The position numbers and the translations under genes are program-made. Shown in pieces: positions 1 through 20,940 of a stretch of 64,000 bases of DNA. The stretch is from the human T2T-CHM13v2.0 reference genome, Homo sapiens. The notes under the pieces are model-generated. The model ran no database searches and was not told where the DNA came from. It saw nothing but the letters and a program-made list of their open reading frames with translations. Positions within the stretch are counted from its first letter, which is position 1. Each line of letters starts with the position of its first letter. The stretch lies in the NCBI RefSeq assembly GCF_009914755.1, contig NC_060928.1. One strand, given 5' to 3'.

Positions 1-114
1 CTGGGACCCTCCCCAGCCCTAACCCACGCCCTTCCACTCCGGGCTGACGCTGCCCCCAGCGTCCCGGAGACAACACTCCGCGGCCGCACCCGCGCTGCCG
101 ACCCGGGGCCTCAC

Positions 115-259
115 CTTCGGCCAGGACCCGCCGCACCCGCAGCCGCAGCTCGCCCAGTTCCACCGTCTGCCCCACGAAGTCACTCTGGTCGCGGCCGGAA
201 GCACCGCCCAGGGAGCCTGGACCCGCCAAGAAGTCGAGCGCCGACTGCAGCAGCGACAT
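115..259 (-). CDS. GAK: Cyclin G-associated kinase, coding part of exon 1 (gene continues beyond window start)
   Basis: Minus strand from ATG at 259 reads MSLLQSALDFLAGPGSLGGASGRDQSDFVGQTVELGELRLRVRRVLAE(G), the recalled GAK N-terminus; ends at donor G|GTGAG (114-110); 145 nt. Confidence 0.95.
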
Positions 260-529
260 GGCGGTGGCTGCGCCGCACCCCGCGGCAGCCGGAGTGGTCG
301 GGCTCGGGCTCCCGCTCCCTCGCCGTCCGGGTCAGCTCAGCAACCGCCGGCCCGGAGGTGCACCATCTTCCGCCTCGACGCCGTGACGTAGGCGCCCGTG
401 AGGACGCGTCGCGTCAGGCGGCGACCCGGCCTAGCCCCGTCCCCTCCGCCGCGGCCTCACTTCCTGGCTGCGCGCGCAGGCGCGGAGGTCTGACGGAGAC
501 AGCGCGTGCGCGGCGTCGCCGGGCTTGCG

Positions 530-612
530 ATGAACTTCCGGCTGTCAAGCTCCCGGCCGGGCTGACTCAAGCGGAGGCGCGCGGAACAGTCGCCGAGGCG
601 ATTCCCGCCCAG
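530..612 (+). other. TMEM175: TMEM175 non-coding exon 1 (5' boundary approximate)
   Basis: CAG|GTAGTT donor at 612/613 inside the CpG island; joins the exon-2 acceptor at 15809; TSS cannot be fixed from sequence. Confidence 0.65.
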
Positions 613-1296
613 GTAGTTCAGCGCCCCAGTCCAGCTCCCGGTACCGTTCCCCACATGGTCTGTTTTGTGGGAGGCTCCTTCTCAGGTGTCTCCGGTTTAA
701 GCGCTTCGCCATCCTCTGGGTGGAGTCAGCCTCCCGTTTGCTGTTAGCGCCGCGTTTGCGAATGGGTTCGCGAATTTTTCTCTCAGTTGGCTAAGGAGCA
801 AGGAGTTAGCGTGCGTTAAGCTTTCAGTAAATACTTGGTTTTCGTCTCATGGAGGTCGGAGTTTCCTGTGACGCTTAGTGAGTAAGGTTGGCAGCCCCCT
901 CCCAGCAGCCAGGCAGGCAGTTTGCAGGGGAAACGCTGCTGCATTGCTCTGTCTTCCGAGGAGAGGGCCAGGGTCTGGCCTGGGGCAGTGACCAGTAGTG
1001 GGAGCCGTGGGCTAGAAAAACCTTCGTCCTGGGCAACCACAACACTGCAGAGACTGCCCTGTGACCCTCAAGGTTCGTTCTCACCCTGACATTTTCCAAG
1101 GCAAAAGCAAATCCTCATGAACCACTTGGAAGGGTTCGTAATGCCCAACTATTTGGAGATGAAATGGTGACTTTCCTTATAGGATAATAAGGAAATGGCT
1201 CACAGACAATGCATTTTTAGTTTTTGGCCCACACAGTATTTGGGGGTTGGGAGTGGGTAGCAGGAGGTGAATTAGTTGCTATCATTTAAAGACTGA

Positions 1297-1573
1297 TGCC
1301 AGGCGCGGTGGCTTACACCTGTAATCCCAGTGCTTTGGGAGGCCGAGGCAGGCGGATCACCTGAGGTCAGGAGTTCCAGACCAGCCTGGTCAACATGGTG
1401 AAACCCCGTCTCTACTAAAAATACAAAAATTAGCCGAGCGTGGTGGCGGGTGCCTGTAATCCCAGCTACTCGGGAGGCTGAGGCAGGAGAATCGCTTGAA
1501 CCCGGGAGGCGGGCGCCACTGTACCCTAGCCTGAGACTCCGCCTCAAAAAATAAATAATAATAATAATAATAA
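1297..1573 (+). mobile_element. Alu (S-like) with internally deleted right arm and (TAA)n tail
   Basis: Alu consensus motifs (gcgcggtggcttacacctgtaatcccag); shortened right arm. Confidence 0.85.
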
Positions 1574-2199
1574 TTGAAAGGCCTAAATGTTAAAAACCTA
1601 GTTTTCCAGCTTCTGTGGAAAAATCAAACCTGTCAATATTGGACCCAAAATGATGTGTGTTACCAATTACCTAGAGTGGTCCCTTGAGGTAAGACACAGT
1701 CATTTGCCTGACCAGATGGGCTCATGTATGTTACCTGCCTGGTTCCTATAGTCATTTAAGGTTGCAACCCCTTCAACAGAGTTATTTGTTCTCCAACTCA
1801 AAAATGGATTCTAAAGCTCACATCAGCCTCTTAGCCGTCCCAGAAGCTAACATCTGTTATCTTTATCATTAAAAGATAATAGCCTCAGCTCGTTGGAACA
1901 CTTATCTATGTTATGGAATGAAGTATTGCATGAAGCCAAATGACATCTTTAAAAATATATATAACAAAAATAACAGTAGCAATAGCTTAGTTTAGGCACT
2001 GATTTATTGCTTACAACACCCTTTTCTGTAATAGTTCATTGTAGTGAAAACATCTTTGTGAAGAAAGCACAGTATAATTAACCCCCTTTATTTTGGGATG
2101 AGAAAATATGCTCAACAATGCCATTATTCGGCCAGGGCCAACAAGTGATACAACTGCAATTCAACGCAAGTCATGGCTTTTCCAGCCAGTGCGTTTGTC

Positions 2200-3200
2200 T
2201 GGTCGACTGTGGAATAGAAGGATAGAGAGCTCAGGAAAGAATCCCTGCTAGAGACACATATCTGGGCATCCTCAGCATAGAGGTGGCAGTTGGCTCTAGG
2301 AGCTGAAGAGAGGACCAACAGAGATGGTGTACTAGACATAAAGAGGTTAGAATCTTCAGAGAATAGACAGTTTGTGGAGAAAGAGCAGTCAGTGAAGGAG
2401 GAAGAAAACCAAGAGAGTGTCGTAACAGAGCCAAGGAACGAGGATGTTCGGGGCAGAGAGTGCAGCTAAGAGTGTCGAATGCCACTTAAAAGTCAAGTAG
2501 AAAAAGAAATGGAAGATATGTGTTGGATTTATTCACAAGGGATCATTGGTGACCTCACCAAGAATAGCTTCATTGGAGTAATGAGGTGGAAGCTACATAT
2601 TACCGTAGAGGGATGAAGAGATGATGAGGTAGAGATGGCAAGTGGAGATAACTCAAAATGTTTGTCTGTGGAAGAGAATATGAACAACTTCAGGCCAACA
2701 AATTCGGCACCCTTAGCTCCAGGGAGCTACAAGGGTGATGTAGTATTGAGATGTTTTAAGATGAGAGATTCTTGAGCAGCCTAAAGCGGATGGAAGGGAG
2801 AGAAGGTTTGCTGGTACAGAAAAAAGAGGAATAATAAGATAATTCTATCTTAATGAGATATCTTCTATCTCTTAGAACATAGGAGGGGAATGACATCAAG
2901 AGCATAGGTAGAGATATTTGCTTTGGACATAGGAAAAACACTCAGGAAGAAAAATGGGCTGCAGTTGCAGGTGACCTTATGTATTTATTGGAATGAAGGT
3001 GAAGGAATTCTCTAATGACTTCTGTTTTCATTGTGAATGAGGAAAGAAAAACATCAACTGAAAGTGAGAGGGGAAGTAGGAAACCCAAGATTTAAGCAGT
3101 GTCAAAAAGATCTAAAATAGCTATTATGAGAAACCTAGCAAATAACTCACTGGAAAGCATGAGAGCGTTTAAGCACTCATCTGGAGGCCATGAACTTATA
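2200..3200. mobile_element. Old L2-like LINE fragment (approximate)
   Basis: Degenerate purine-rich sequence resembling L2 consensus by recall. Confidence 0.45.
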
Positions 3201-3479
3201 CTGGCATGACCTGGGATCAGCTGGACATTTCTAAACCTTGTAATCACTTTGGAAACCAGAGTCAGACTACTTATCTTACGAATATTTCTGGAGCACCTTT
3301 ATTTATTGGCATTGAAGTAGATGCTATAGTAACACCATCTTAACCCAAATATCTATCTCCATATCTCATCTGAACTCTCAGATGTTTGTTCTTAGATACT
3401 GCTACATGTATAAACATGTATATATCCAAAACTGAAGTTATAGTCTTAATCCCTATAACTGATTTCCTAAATTTCATAG

Positions 3480-13195
<9,716 letters not shown>

Positions 13196-14493
13196 CTGCG
13201 TGTTGCCTCAGTGCAGACCCTAGGCAGCCTGTCATGGCAGTCCCAGTGAGGCAGCCTGTCATGGCAGTCCCATTGAGACTGCCTGGAATGGACCCTTGGA
13301 GGGTATGGCACTACACCTTATTAACTGTTGCTAAACTGTCGCTGAAACACACATGTCCGTTTACATTCCTGCCTCAGTTTCTGTTTCCCCAGGCCCCCGC
13401 CGTCTCTGTCTCCTCACTCCCCGCCGTTTGTTGCTGCCTCAGCTTCTGTTTTCCCCACGTCTTTGCCGTCCTGTCGTCTCACTCCCCGCCGTCTGTCCCC
13501 ACCGTTCATTCCAGCCTCAGTTTCTGTTTTCCCCAGGTCCCTGCCCTCCCGTCGCCTCACGCCCACCACCCTGGCTGGCCTCTCTCCGTTTCATTTGCAC
13601 CTCCCCGATCTCCCTGATTGCTAGTGAAGTGGAATGCCTTGTGTGTTTGTTTTTCCCGGCTGGAAACCAGTGAGCCTCTGTCCATTCTCTGGGGTGAACT
13701 CTCCTTGTTTTTGTGCGTCTCGCCTTGGTGTGAGCAGACTACAGCACATCCCTCTTCCTGCGGACCCTCTAGCTGGCCACATATTTCAGTCCCCTGATGC
13801 CCTTGGCCAAGTAAACAGCACCCCCTTTGGAGTAAAACCTGGGGGCTCTGGCTTGTCACCTCCCGCTGGTGCTGAAGGGCTCTCCCCATACCCTTCCTGA
13901 AGAGGTCTCCGCCCCTTAAATGGTGGAGAGCCCAGCCTGTCCTGCCCCCGGCTGCTCCTCTCCTCCTTCCCGGGTGCCACTCCCTCGGACCACCCCCACA
14001 TTTCCAAGTAGCACAGAAATTACTTCTGTTTCTAACACGGCTCAATCCGAGGTACCTTTGAAGGCTGCAGCTCCAGCCTGACTCCTTCCATCCCCATAGC
14101 TCCCCTGCCCTGAGACAGCCTCCGGTGCTTCTGCTGTGTCCCAGGAAACAAGCCTGAAGCAAGCACTCACCATCCCTCAAGAATGTGCCCTGACCCACCT
14201 TCCTCACCACGGTGGCATCAGGGCCAGGTGGGCTCCCCCTTCTCCGTCACCCCCCACGGCAGCCCCCAATACTCTTAGGAGCTGCTTTCCCACATGCTGT
14301 GTGTCTCCTGGGATGCCAGACCTCCGTCACTCCTCTCCTAGGTCATAGCAGCCCTTCTGACTGGCGTCCTTGACACACTGCTGCCCTCTTCCCTGCTCCG
14401 GGGCACCTGGCTGCAGGTGGGGCTCAGCCAACATGGGGCTCTCTGGCCACATTCTATGTTTGGGGAACTTGTCTCAGTGTGCCCAGCCTCCAC

Positions 14494-14643
14494 CTCGGGT
14501 GCAGGGTGAAATCCATAGTGCCTGGTTGGCACGAGGCTGCCCACTCGGGTGCAGGGTGAAATCCATAGTGCCTGGTTGGCACGAGGCTGCCCACTCGGGT
14601 GCAGGGTGAAATCCATAGTGCCTGGTTGGCACGAGGCTGCCCA
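14494..14643. repeat. Tandem repeat, 3 x 50 bp
   Basis: CTCGGGTGCAGGGTGAAATCCATAGTGCCTGGTTGGCACGAGGCTGCCCA starts at 14494, 14544 and 14594. Confidence 0.92.
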
Positions 14644-14918
14644 GCACCATGCAGCAATGGCTCCTGCAGCCATACCTCAGTTCTGTCTCCGTGAGGCGCT
14701 GGGGTCTCTTCTGTCCAGAGTACTCTCCACCTGGCATCTTATTCATCTTCCCAGATGCATCTCTGATATTAAAAATGCCTGGGGAGTGCTGTGCTGAGCC
14801 ACAGCTGTGGCGTGTGCCCAGTGTGCACCCAGCCCCGGCTCCCACAGGCGGACTGGAGTGCCTGCCCTGGTGCTAACTGGCTACATATGCAGGGCCTTGG
14901 TTTCCCCAAAGGTCACCA

Positions 14919-15449
14919 AGGGAGAGCGCGGCCCCTGTAGGAAACAGCCCCAGGCACGCGTGCACAGGCGCCGAGACCGAGGGAGAGCGCGGCCCCGTAG
15001 GAGACAGCCCCAGGCACGCGTGCACAGGCGCCGAGACCGAGGGAGAGCACGGCCCCTGTAGGAGACAGCCCCAGGCACGCGTGCACAGGCGCCGAGACCG
15101 AGGGAGAGCGCGGCCCCTGTAGGAGACAGCCCCAGGCACGCGTGCACGGGTGCCGAGACCGAGGGAGAGCGCGGCCCCTGTAGAGAACAGACAGCCCCAG
15201 GCATGCGTGCACGGGCGCCGAGACCGGGGGAGAGCGCAGCCCCTGTAGGAGACAGCCCCAGGCATACGTGCACAGGTGCCGAGACTGAGGGAGAGCGCGG
15301 CCCCTGTAGAGAACAGACAGCCCCAGGCATGTGTGCACGGGCCCGAGAGCGAGAGCGGGGGAGAGCGCGGCCCTGTAGAGAACAGACAGCCCCAGGCACG
15401 TGTGCACGGGCCCTGTAGAGAACAGACAGCCCCAGGCACGCATGCACGG
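14919..15449. repeat. CpG-rich VNTR, ~61-66 bp unit, ~8-9 copies, TMEM175 intron 1
   Basis: Recurrent AGGGAGAGCGCGGCCCCTGTAGGAGACAGCCCCAGGCACGCGTGCAC... Confidence 0.92.
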
Positions 15450-15839
15450 TCAAGGGCCCCGCAGGGTGCTGTGTTCCTCTTCCACGTTTAGGTCGGCCTT
15501 GGGGTCTGTGATCTCTGTGCCTTTCCTTGTCTCTCCCGTTTCCTGAGGAGAAACTGAGGCCCAGTCCACCCAGATCAGTGTTCACCAGTAACAGGGCCGG
15601 GCGTGGCATCTGTTGTTGGCCTCTCAGCCTGGAGGCCAGAAATTTGAGGGGCACCTGGGAGAGGACAGAGCAGCGTGGACCCTTCCCCTGCTCAGTGGCG
15701 GCCAAGCCCCCCCCCATACCAGTCCCTGTCCCTGCACCAGGGCTGAGGCTGCATGGCCGACCTCCAGGAGCGCCCCACAGGCACACTCAGACCTGCCTTT
15801 CCTCCCAGGCTCCTGTAACCGCCAGGCAGCGGCCCCGCC

Positions 15840-15992
15840 ATGTCCCAGCCCCGGACCCCAGAGCAGGCACTGGATACACCGGGGGACTGCCCCCCAGGCA
15901 GGAGAGACGAGGACGCTGGGGAGGGGATCCAGTGCTCCCAACGCATGCTCAGCTTCAGTGACGCCCTGCTGTCCATCATCGCCACCGTCATG
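15840..15992 (+). CDS. TMEM175: TMEM175 lysosomal K+/H+ channel, exon 2 CDS (exon starts 15809)
   Basis: MSQPRTPEQ...QRMLSFSDALLSIIATVM with RxxxFSD motif; acceptor CAG at 15806-15808; donor GT at 15993. Confidence 0.96.
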
Positions 15993-16215
15993 GTCTGTAC
16001 GGGGCCCCTGCTTAGGCCTGCCCCACCCCGAGCCTCTCGAGGCACTGCCCAGCCCACCTCAGACCTGTCTAGGTCTTGCCAGCATCCTTGGGTCCCCCAG
16101 CTCCTCAGGCAGCTTAGGGGGGCCCAGCACTGCCCTCGAGTCCCCAGTACTGCCACACCCAATCCAACAAGCGTCTCTTGCTCTCCTGCTTCCTTCTGTC
16201 TCTTTGCCCCCTCAG

Positions 16216-16254
16216 ATCCTGCCTGTGACCCACACGGAGATCTCCCCAGAACAG
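16216..16254 (+). CDS. TMEM175: TMEM175 exon 3
   Basis: ag|ILPVTHTEISPEQ|gtaacg. Confidence 0.93.
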
Positions 16255-18520
16255 GTAACGGGGCAGGCTGTGCTCTGCGTGGTGTGGCCCTGCGAAGATA
16301 TAGGGTCCCCGAGGCTCAACCTGGCACAGGGTGCTGACCCTGCACGCCTCGAAGCTTCTGAGGCTTAGGAGGCAGAGGCGGGAGGCGGGGGCCTCCTTGG
16401 AAAGGGAGGGAGCCAACAAGTCCTGCTCAGCCTGTGCTCACCCCGGCGGAGGTCCTGGCCTCCTGGGAGGGTGGGAGACTGGGCTCCTAGGGCTCTGTTT
16501 CCGAGTTCAGTGGACAAAGGCAGCACCCTGGAAGTGAGCCAGAGGACAGGTTGGAAGAGGAAGGTTCCGGGCCTGCCCCAAGGACAGAAGTTTCCTCTGC
16601 GGGAGGGCAGCTGCCCCAGCAGGCAGGCCCCTTACGTAGCTGCTCTGAGTAAACGCGGCCAGCGCCCCGTCTCAGCGGGGACACTCCCACCCCGGCTGCT
16701 CCTGCAGGCCTGGAGGTGAGCGGGAAAGGGTTTACAAGCAGAGTTTCCACCTTGACTGTTTCTGAGCTAAAGAGCCAAACAGCATCTTAGAAGGGGAATG
16801 ACTGGAGGGCGTCTGGGGCCCACACCTGCCTGGCTCTGTGTCCTCATGACAGGGTCGTGCGGCCCAAGCTTCATGGGTGCGCAAGGCACAGCAGTGACCA
16901 CGTAGCCCTTCCTGGGCCAGTACTGAGGTTGGGCCTCCAGTCCTGACTCGTGAGCTGAGCCTGGGGGACGCTGAGAAGTCATGGGAGCTGCTTAGAGTTC
17001 GGCTTTCTCAGCTGTGCGAAGGGGATGATGAGACTTTACATAGGGTTTTCATAAGTAGAAATGCGGGTGGAGCCTGGCCCAGTCTGCAGGGAGACCCTGG
17101 GCACCAGCAGGCAGCAAGCAGCACAGGCACTGGGACCCCAGAGCCGCTCCCGCCCTCCCTAGGGGGGCAGCTGCTCAGGAAAGCTGCGTCCCCACCGAGG
17201 CCCATGGGGTGGGCTTGGCCAAATGCAGTCGTGAGGTACTGGCCTTGGCTGCCCCTTTCAGAACGGGGTCGCTGAGGTACGGCCACATCCACCTGTGATG
17301 CCCGTGCCAGAGGGCGCATGACAATGAAGGGCCCGGGTGGTTGAAAATAAAAACCTGTGAACCTAAACCTGCTCCGACTTCTCTGCAGCCAGGGCACCTT
17401 TCTAGGACTGTGGTGTTTAGTGCCCTGTCTTTTCTCTGTTGTCCTAACTGGGTCACAGGGAGGGTCTGAGTCTCAGAAAGTCCTGGAGAGTCAAAAGCTC
17501 ATTCAGAGAACACATTTATGTGAAGAGGGAAAGGCCTGACGTGTGTCCCAGGGAAGGTGCTAGAACAGTGGACACCTCCTTGTGAGGAGAGGGGACTCCT
17601 GGGGCTGTGCTCACTCTGATGAAAAATAAAAGACAGTTGTAACTTTGAAAACCCATGATTCGAAAAGCTAAATGGGACTCAATTAAGAAGTGACTGAAAC
17701 ACTAAGTTATTGACCCAGAGACCTGCCTGCAAGTGAAGAACCAAGGGAGACAGTAAAGTGCTCAGTGTTCTGTTGGGAGCGTTCGTGGAGAAAGCATGAA
17801 AACCTTCCCAGGGCTGGAGGGCGAGGGCCCCGGTGCCTCCACGCCGACCGCAGCCCCCAGGGCAGGCTGCCTTCGGGGTCCCTCGCAGCTTCCACAGAGA
17901 CCCTTTCCCGTGGCTGCTTTGGAATTGCCTACCTAGGCAGTGCCAGGTGTGACCCTTTTGTGCTGTCAACCTGTGTGTCCTTCCGAAGTCCGCATGCCGG
18001 ACGCCTCACAGGGATGGCGTTGTGAGGCAGAGCCTTTCGGTGGTGACCCGGTTATGATGGCAGAGCCTCATGAATGACATTCGTGACCTGGTGCTTTTGC
18101 CCTCCTGTCCCCTCCCACATGCGGATACACAGAGTGTACCATCCCTGAGGCGGAGTCCACAGCAGACACCGAGCCCATTAAGAGCTGACCCCCCAGCAGG
18201 AACACAGCCCATAGAACACTCTGGAGTACACCTGTGGGTGTGGGCATGGATCAGCGCCCTGGAGAAGGGGTGGGGGCTGGAGGGGTGGGGGCTGCAGGTG
18301 CCAGGGGAGACAGACCAGCTGGAGACGGAGGCTGGACCCAGACCAGGGCACTCAGGGTCTGCTGGGGAGGCCAGGACCCTCCCAGGTGCCTCACAGGACC
18401 CACCCGAGGGTTTCGCCCTGCCCTGGGCCGAGGCCAGCCCCCCCTCACGGTGCTGTCTCGACTGCCATTCAGGGACACTCATGTCACCTGGGCTCTGACA
18501 GCAGTGCTCTTGTATTCCAG

Positions 18521-18618
18521 CAGTTCGACAGAAGTGTACAGAGGCTTCTGGCAACACGGATTGCCGTCTACCTGATGACCTTTCTCATCGTGACAGTGGC
18601 CTGGGCAGCACACACAAG
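18521..18618 (+). CDS. TMEM175: TMEM175 exon 4
   Basis: QFDRSVQRLLATRIAVYLMTFLIVTVAWAAHT(R); NAGNAG acceptor; GT donor at 18619. Confidence 0.93.
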
Positions 18619-18783
18619 GTGGGGGCCCGGGCGCTTCCAGCGGTCCATAGCTGCTCTCAAGGTTCCCGTACCCCGCACCACATCACGCACGGGTCCATGG
18701 GGTCGGGGAGGACAGCAGGCTACTCCTCCCACCCTCATCCGCGTGGGGATGGCAGGACTTACCCCAAACCCAGGGCCTGGGAC

Positions 18784-19135
18784 AGTGTGGATGGTGCAGT
18801 AGGCAGAGGTGTGGATGGTGCAGTAGGCGGAGGTGTGGACGGTGCAGTAGGTGGAGGTGTGGATGGTGCAATAGGTGGAGGTGTGGACGGTGTGGATGGT
18901 GCAGTAGGCGGAGGTGTGGATGGTGTGGATGGTGCAATAGGTGGAGGTGTGGATGGTGTGGATGGTGCAGTAGGCGGAGGTGTGGACGGTGCAGTAGGTG
19001 GAGGTGTGGATGGTGCAATAGGTGGAGGTGTGGATGGTGTGGATGGTGTGGATGGTGCAATAGGTGGAGGTGTGGATGGTGTGGATGGTGCAGTAGGCGG
19101 AGGTGTGGGCGGTGCGGATGGTGCAGGGTGTGGAT
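18784..19135. repeat. G-rich VNTR built from GGTGTGGAT and GGTGCAGTAGGTGGA subunits, TMEM175 intron 4
   Basis: Mixed 9-bp and 24-bp periodicity visible directly. Confidence 0.9.
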
Positions 19136-19330
19136 GGGAGCAGGGTGCTTTCTAGGGAACTTCATTTCCTTCGTGTTTTCCAAACTCCGTGCACTAGGTA
19201 GTAGTTTATATTTGGTTAACAGTGACATCTTTTAATGATGTTTTAACCAGAAGATGCTGGAAAGAGTGTGTGTGCATTTAATGTTACTACAACCGCGTTT
19301 TATTGTCTATCTTTTTCTTAAATGGTTTAG

Positions 19331-19382
19331 GTTGTTCCAAGTTGTTGGGAAAACAGACGACACACTTGCCCTGCTCAACCTG
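19331..19382 (+). CDS. TMEM175: TMEM175 exon 5
   Basis: ag|G LFQVVGKTDDTLALLNL|gtgagt. Confidence 0.93.
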
Positions 19383-19805
19383 GTGAGTATTTTCCGGTCC
19401 TTTTCTGGGGAGTGACTCTGGTCTGTAATCTGACCCTCAGGGAAGAGGGGAAGGGAGCAGCCGGCCTCTCTCGTGACCTCCAGGGAGTCTCGGAGCCTGG
19501 AATCTGTCCACAGCTGGGAGCTCCTTGAATGATCTTTCCCTCCCCATGGGTCGCCAGCCTGTATCTCCTCCCAGACACAGCCAGGGTGTGGGGGACCAGG
19601 GGCACTGGGTTGGGCACAGGTGTAGGGGACAGAGAGGATGAGTGCCCCCATCTGGCCCTGCAGGGTCTGGGGGCTGGACTCACACTCGCTGGCCCACCCT
19701 TCTTGGGGAGGGCCCAGCCCTGTGCCTTCCCGGAGTGGGCTCTGTCCATTCCCCTGCCCTTCTCCCCAGGCCGCATCATGGCTGTGATGCCCTCCCTCCC
19801 TCCAG

Positions 19806-19841
19806 GCCTGCATGATGACCATCACCTTCCTGCCTTACACG
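19806..19841 (+). CDS. TMEM175: TMEM175 exon 6
   Basis: ag|ACMMTITFLPYT|gtgagc. Confidence 0.92.
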
Positions 19842-20490
19842 GTGAGCAACACCAGGCCCCTGACACCCTGAGGCTTTGCTGGGCACCACTGGATTTGACC
19901 TGTCCTCAAAAGCAGACCAGCTGGATGGCCCAGGGCCCAGGCCACACGGTTGTAGAGAAGAGAGAAGGTTCTGGGGAGAGCCAGCTGTTGGGCTGTTGGG
20001 GGCTTCTTTCAGGCTGGCGGGGAGGGGAGGCAGTGGCCCCGATGAGGGAGTCACCGGCGCTCCCAGCTCCCACCCGGCCCTGAGCCCACAGCCCCCTGCC
20101 CATCCCAGGCCTGTCCCTGGCGTGCAGCCCCTACAGCCTCCGACCACCCGCCCTGTACTACTCAGGCTGTGAAAGTGCCTCCAAATTCTGGCAGTGGCCG
20201 CTAGTCTGAGTGTGCGGGGCTGTGTGCCACAAGGAACTGGGGTCTGGGGAATTCCGTATGAATCGGATGACATTTTGGCTTTAAAGGCCTGAGACATCTG
20301 GTGGAGTTGGTTGGGGTGGGGGCAGTTTGGACACATGCCCCCCAGCACCCAGCTGGCGCCATCCTGTGATGGCCCCACCGCATCTCCCAGCGTCCCGTGG
20401 AGTGGGGAGGCTCACCATGGCCCAGTTCCAGGCTCTGGGGCCTGGTAACCTAGGATTTGGGGGGGTTTGGTTTTGTTTTTGTTTTAACAG

Positions 20491-20574
20491 TTTTCGTTAA
20501 TGGTGACCTTCCCTGATGTGCCTCTGGGCATCTTCTTGTTCTGTGTGTGTGTGATCGCCATCGGGGTCGTGCAG
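20491..20574 (+). CDS. TMEM175: TMEM175 exon 7
   Basis: ag|[28 protein letters not shown]|gtaggg. Confidence 0.93.
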
Positions 20575-20596
20575 GTAGGGGGCCTGGGGGGCCTGC

Positions 20597-20635
<39 letters not shown>

Positions 20636-20940
20636 TCACCATCGGGGTCGTGCAGGTAGGGGGCCCAGGGGGCCTGCACTGTGTGTGTGTGTGTGTGTGT
20701 GTGTTCACCATCAGCCCTCTTGGGGCCTGGGGTCCTGTGCTGTGTGTGTGTGTGTGTGTGTGTGTGTTCACCATCAGTGCTCTTGGGGCCCGGGGTCCTG
20801 TGCTCTGTGTGTGTGTGTGCGTGTGTGTTCACCATCAGCCCTCTTGGGGCCCGGGGCCCTGTGCTGTGTGTGTGTGTGTGCTGTATGTGTGTGTGTATAT
20901 GTGTGAGTGATCGATTGCCGTCAGGTCACACAGGTAGGGT
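20541..20940. repeat. Compound (TG)n / minisatellite array derived from the exon 7 3' end
   Basis: Five to six (TG)n blocks separated by copies of the exon/intron junction sequence. Confidence 0.9.

Larger units (their letters stand above)
20..780. promoter_or_regulatory. CpG island / bidirectional GAK-TMEM175 promoter
   Basis: Very high CpG density; GAK ATG (259, minus) and TMEM175 exon-1 donor (612, plus) diverge; ETS-like ACTTCCGG (534-541) and CRE-like TGACGT (~385). Confidence 0.85.

Noticed and set aside
14494-15449. CRISPR-like appearance of direct repeats
   Set aside because: Head-to-tail repeats with no unique spacers, human context, no cas genes
14873-15786. Long repetitive ORFs (up to 301 aa) across the intron-1 VNTR
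   Set aside because: By-product of a GC-rich tandem repeat lacking stops; open in several frames; no splice or domain support
18619-19228. Gly-rich (VDGAVGGG)n and His/Pro-rich ORFs
   Set aside because: Translations of an intronic VNTR on both strands; no evidence of coding
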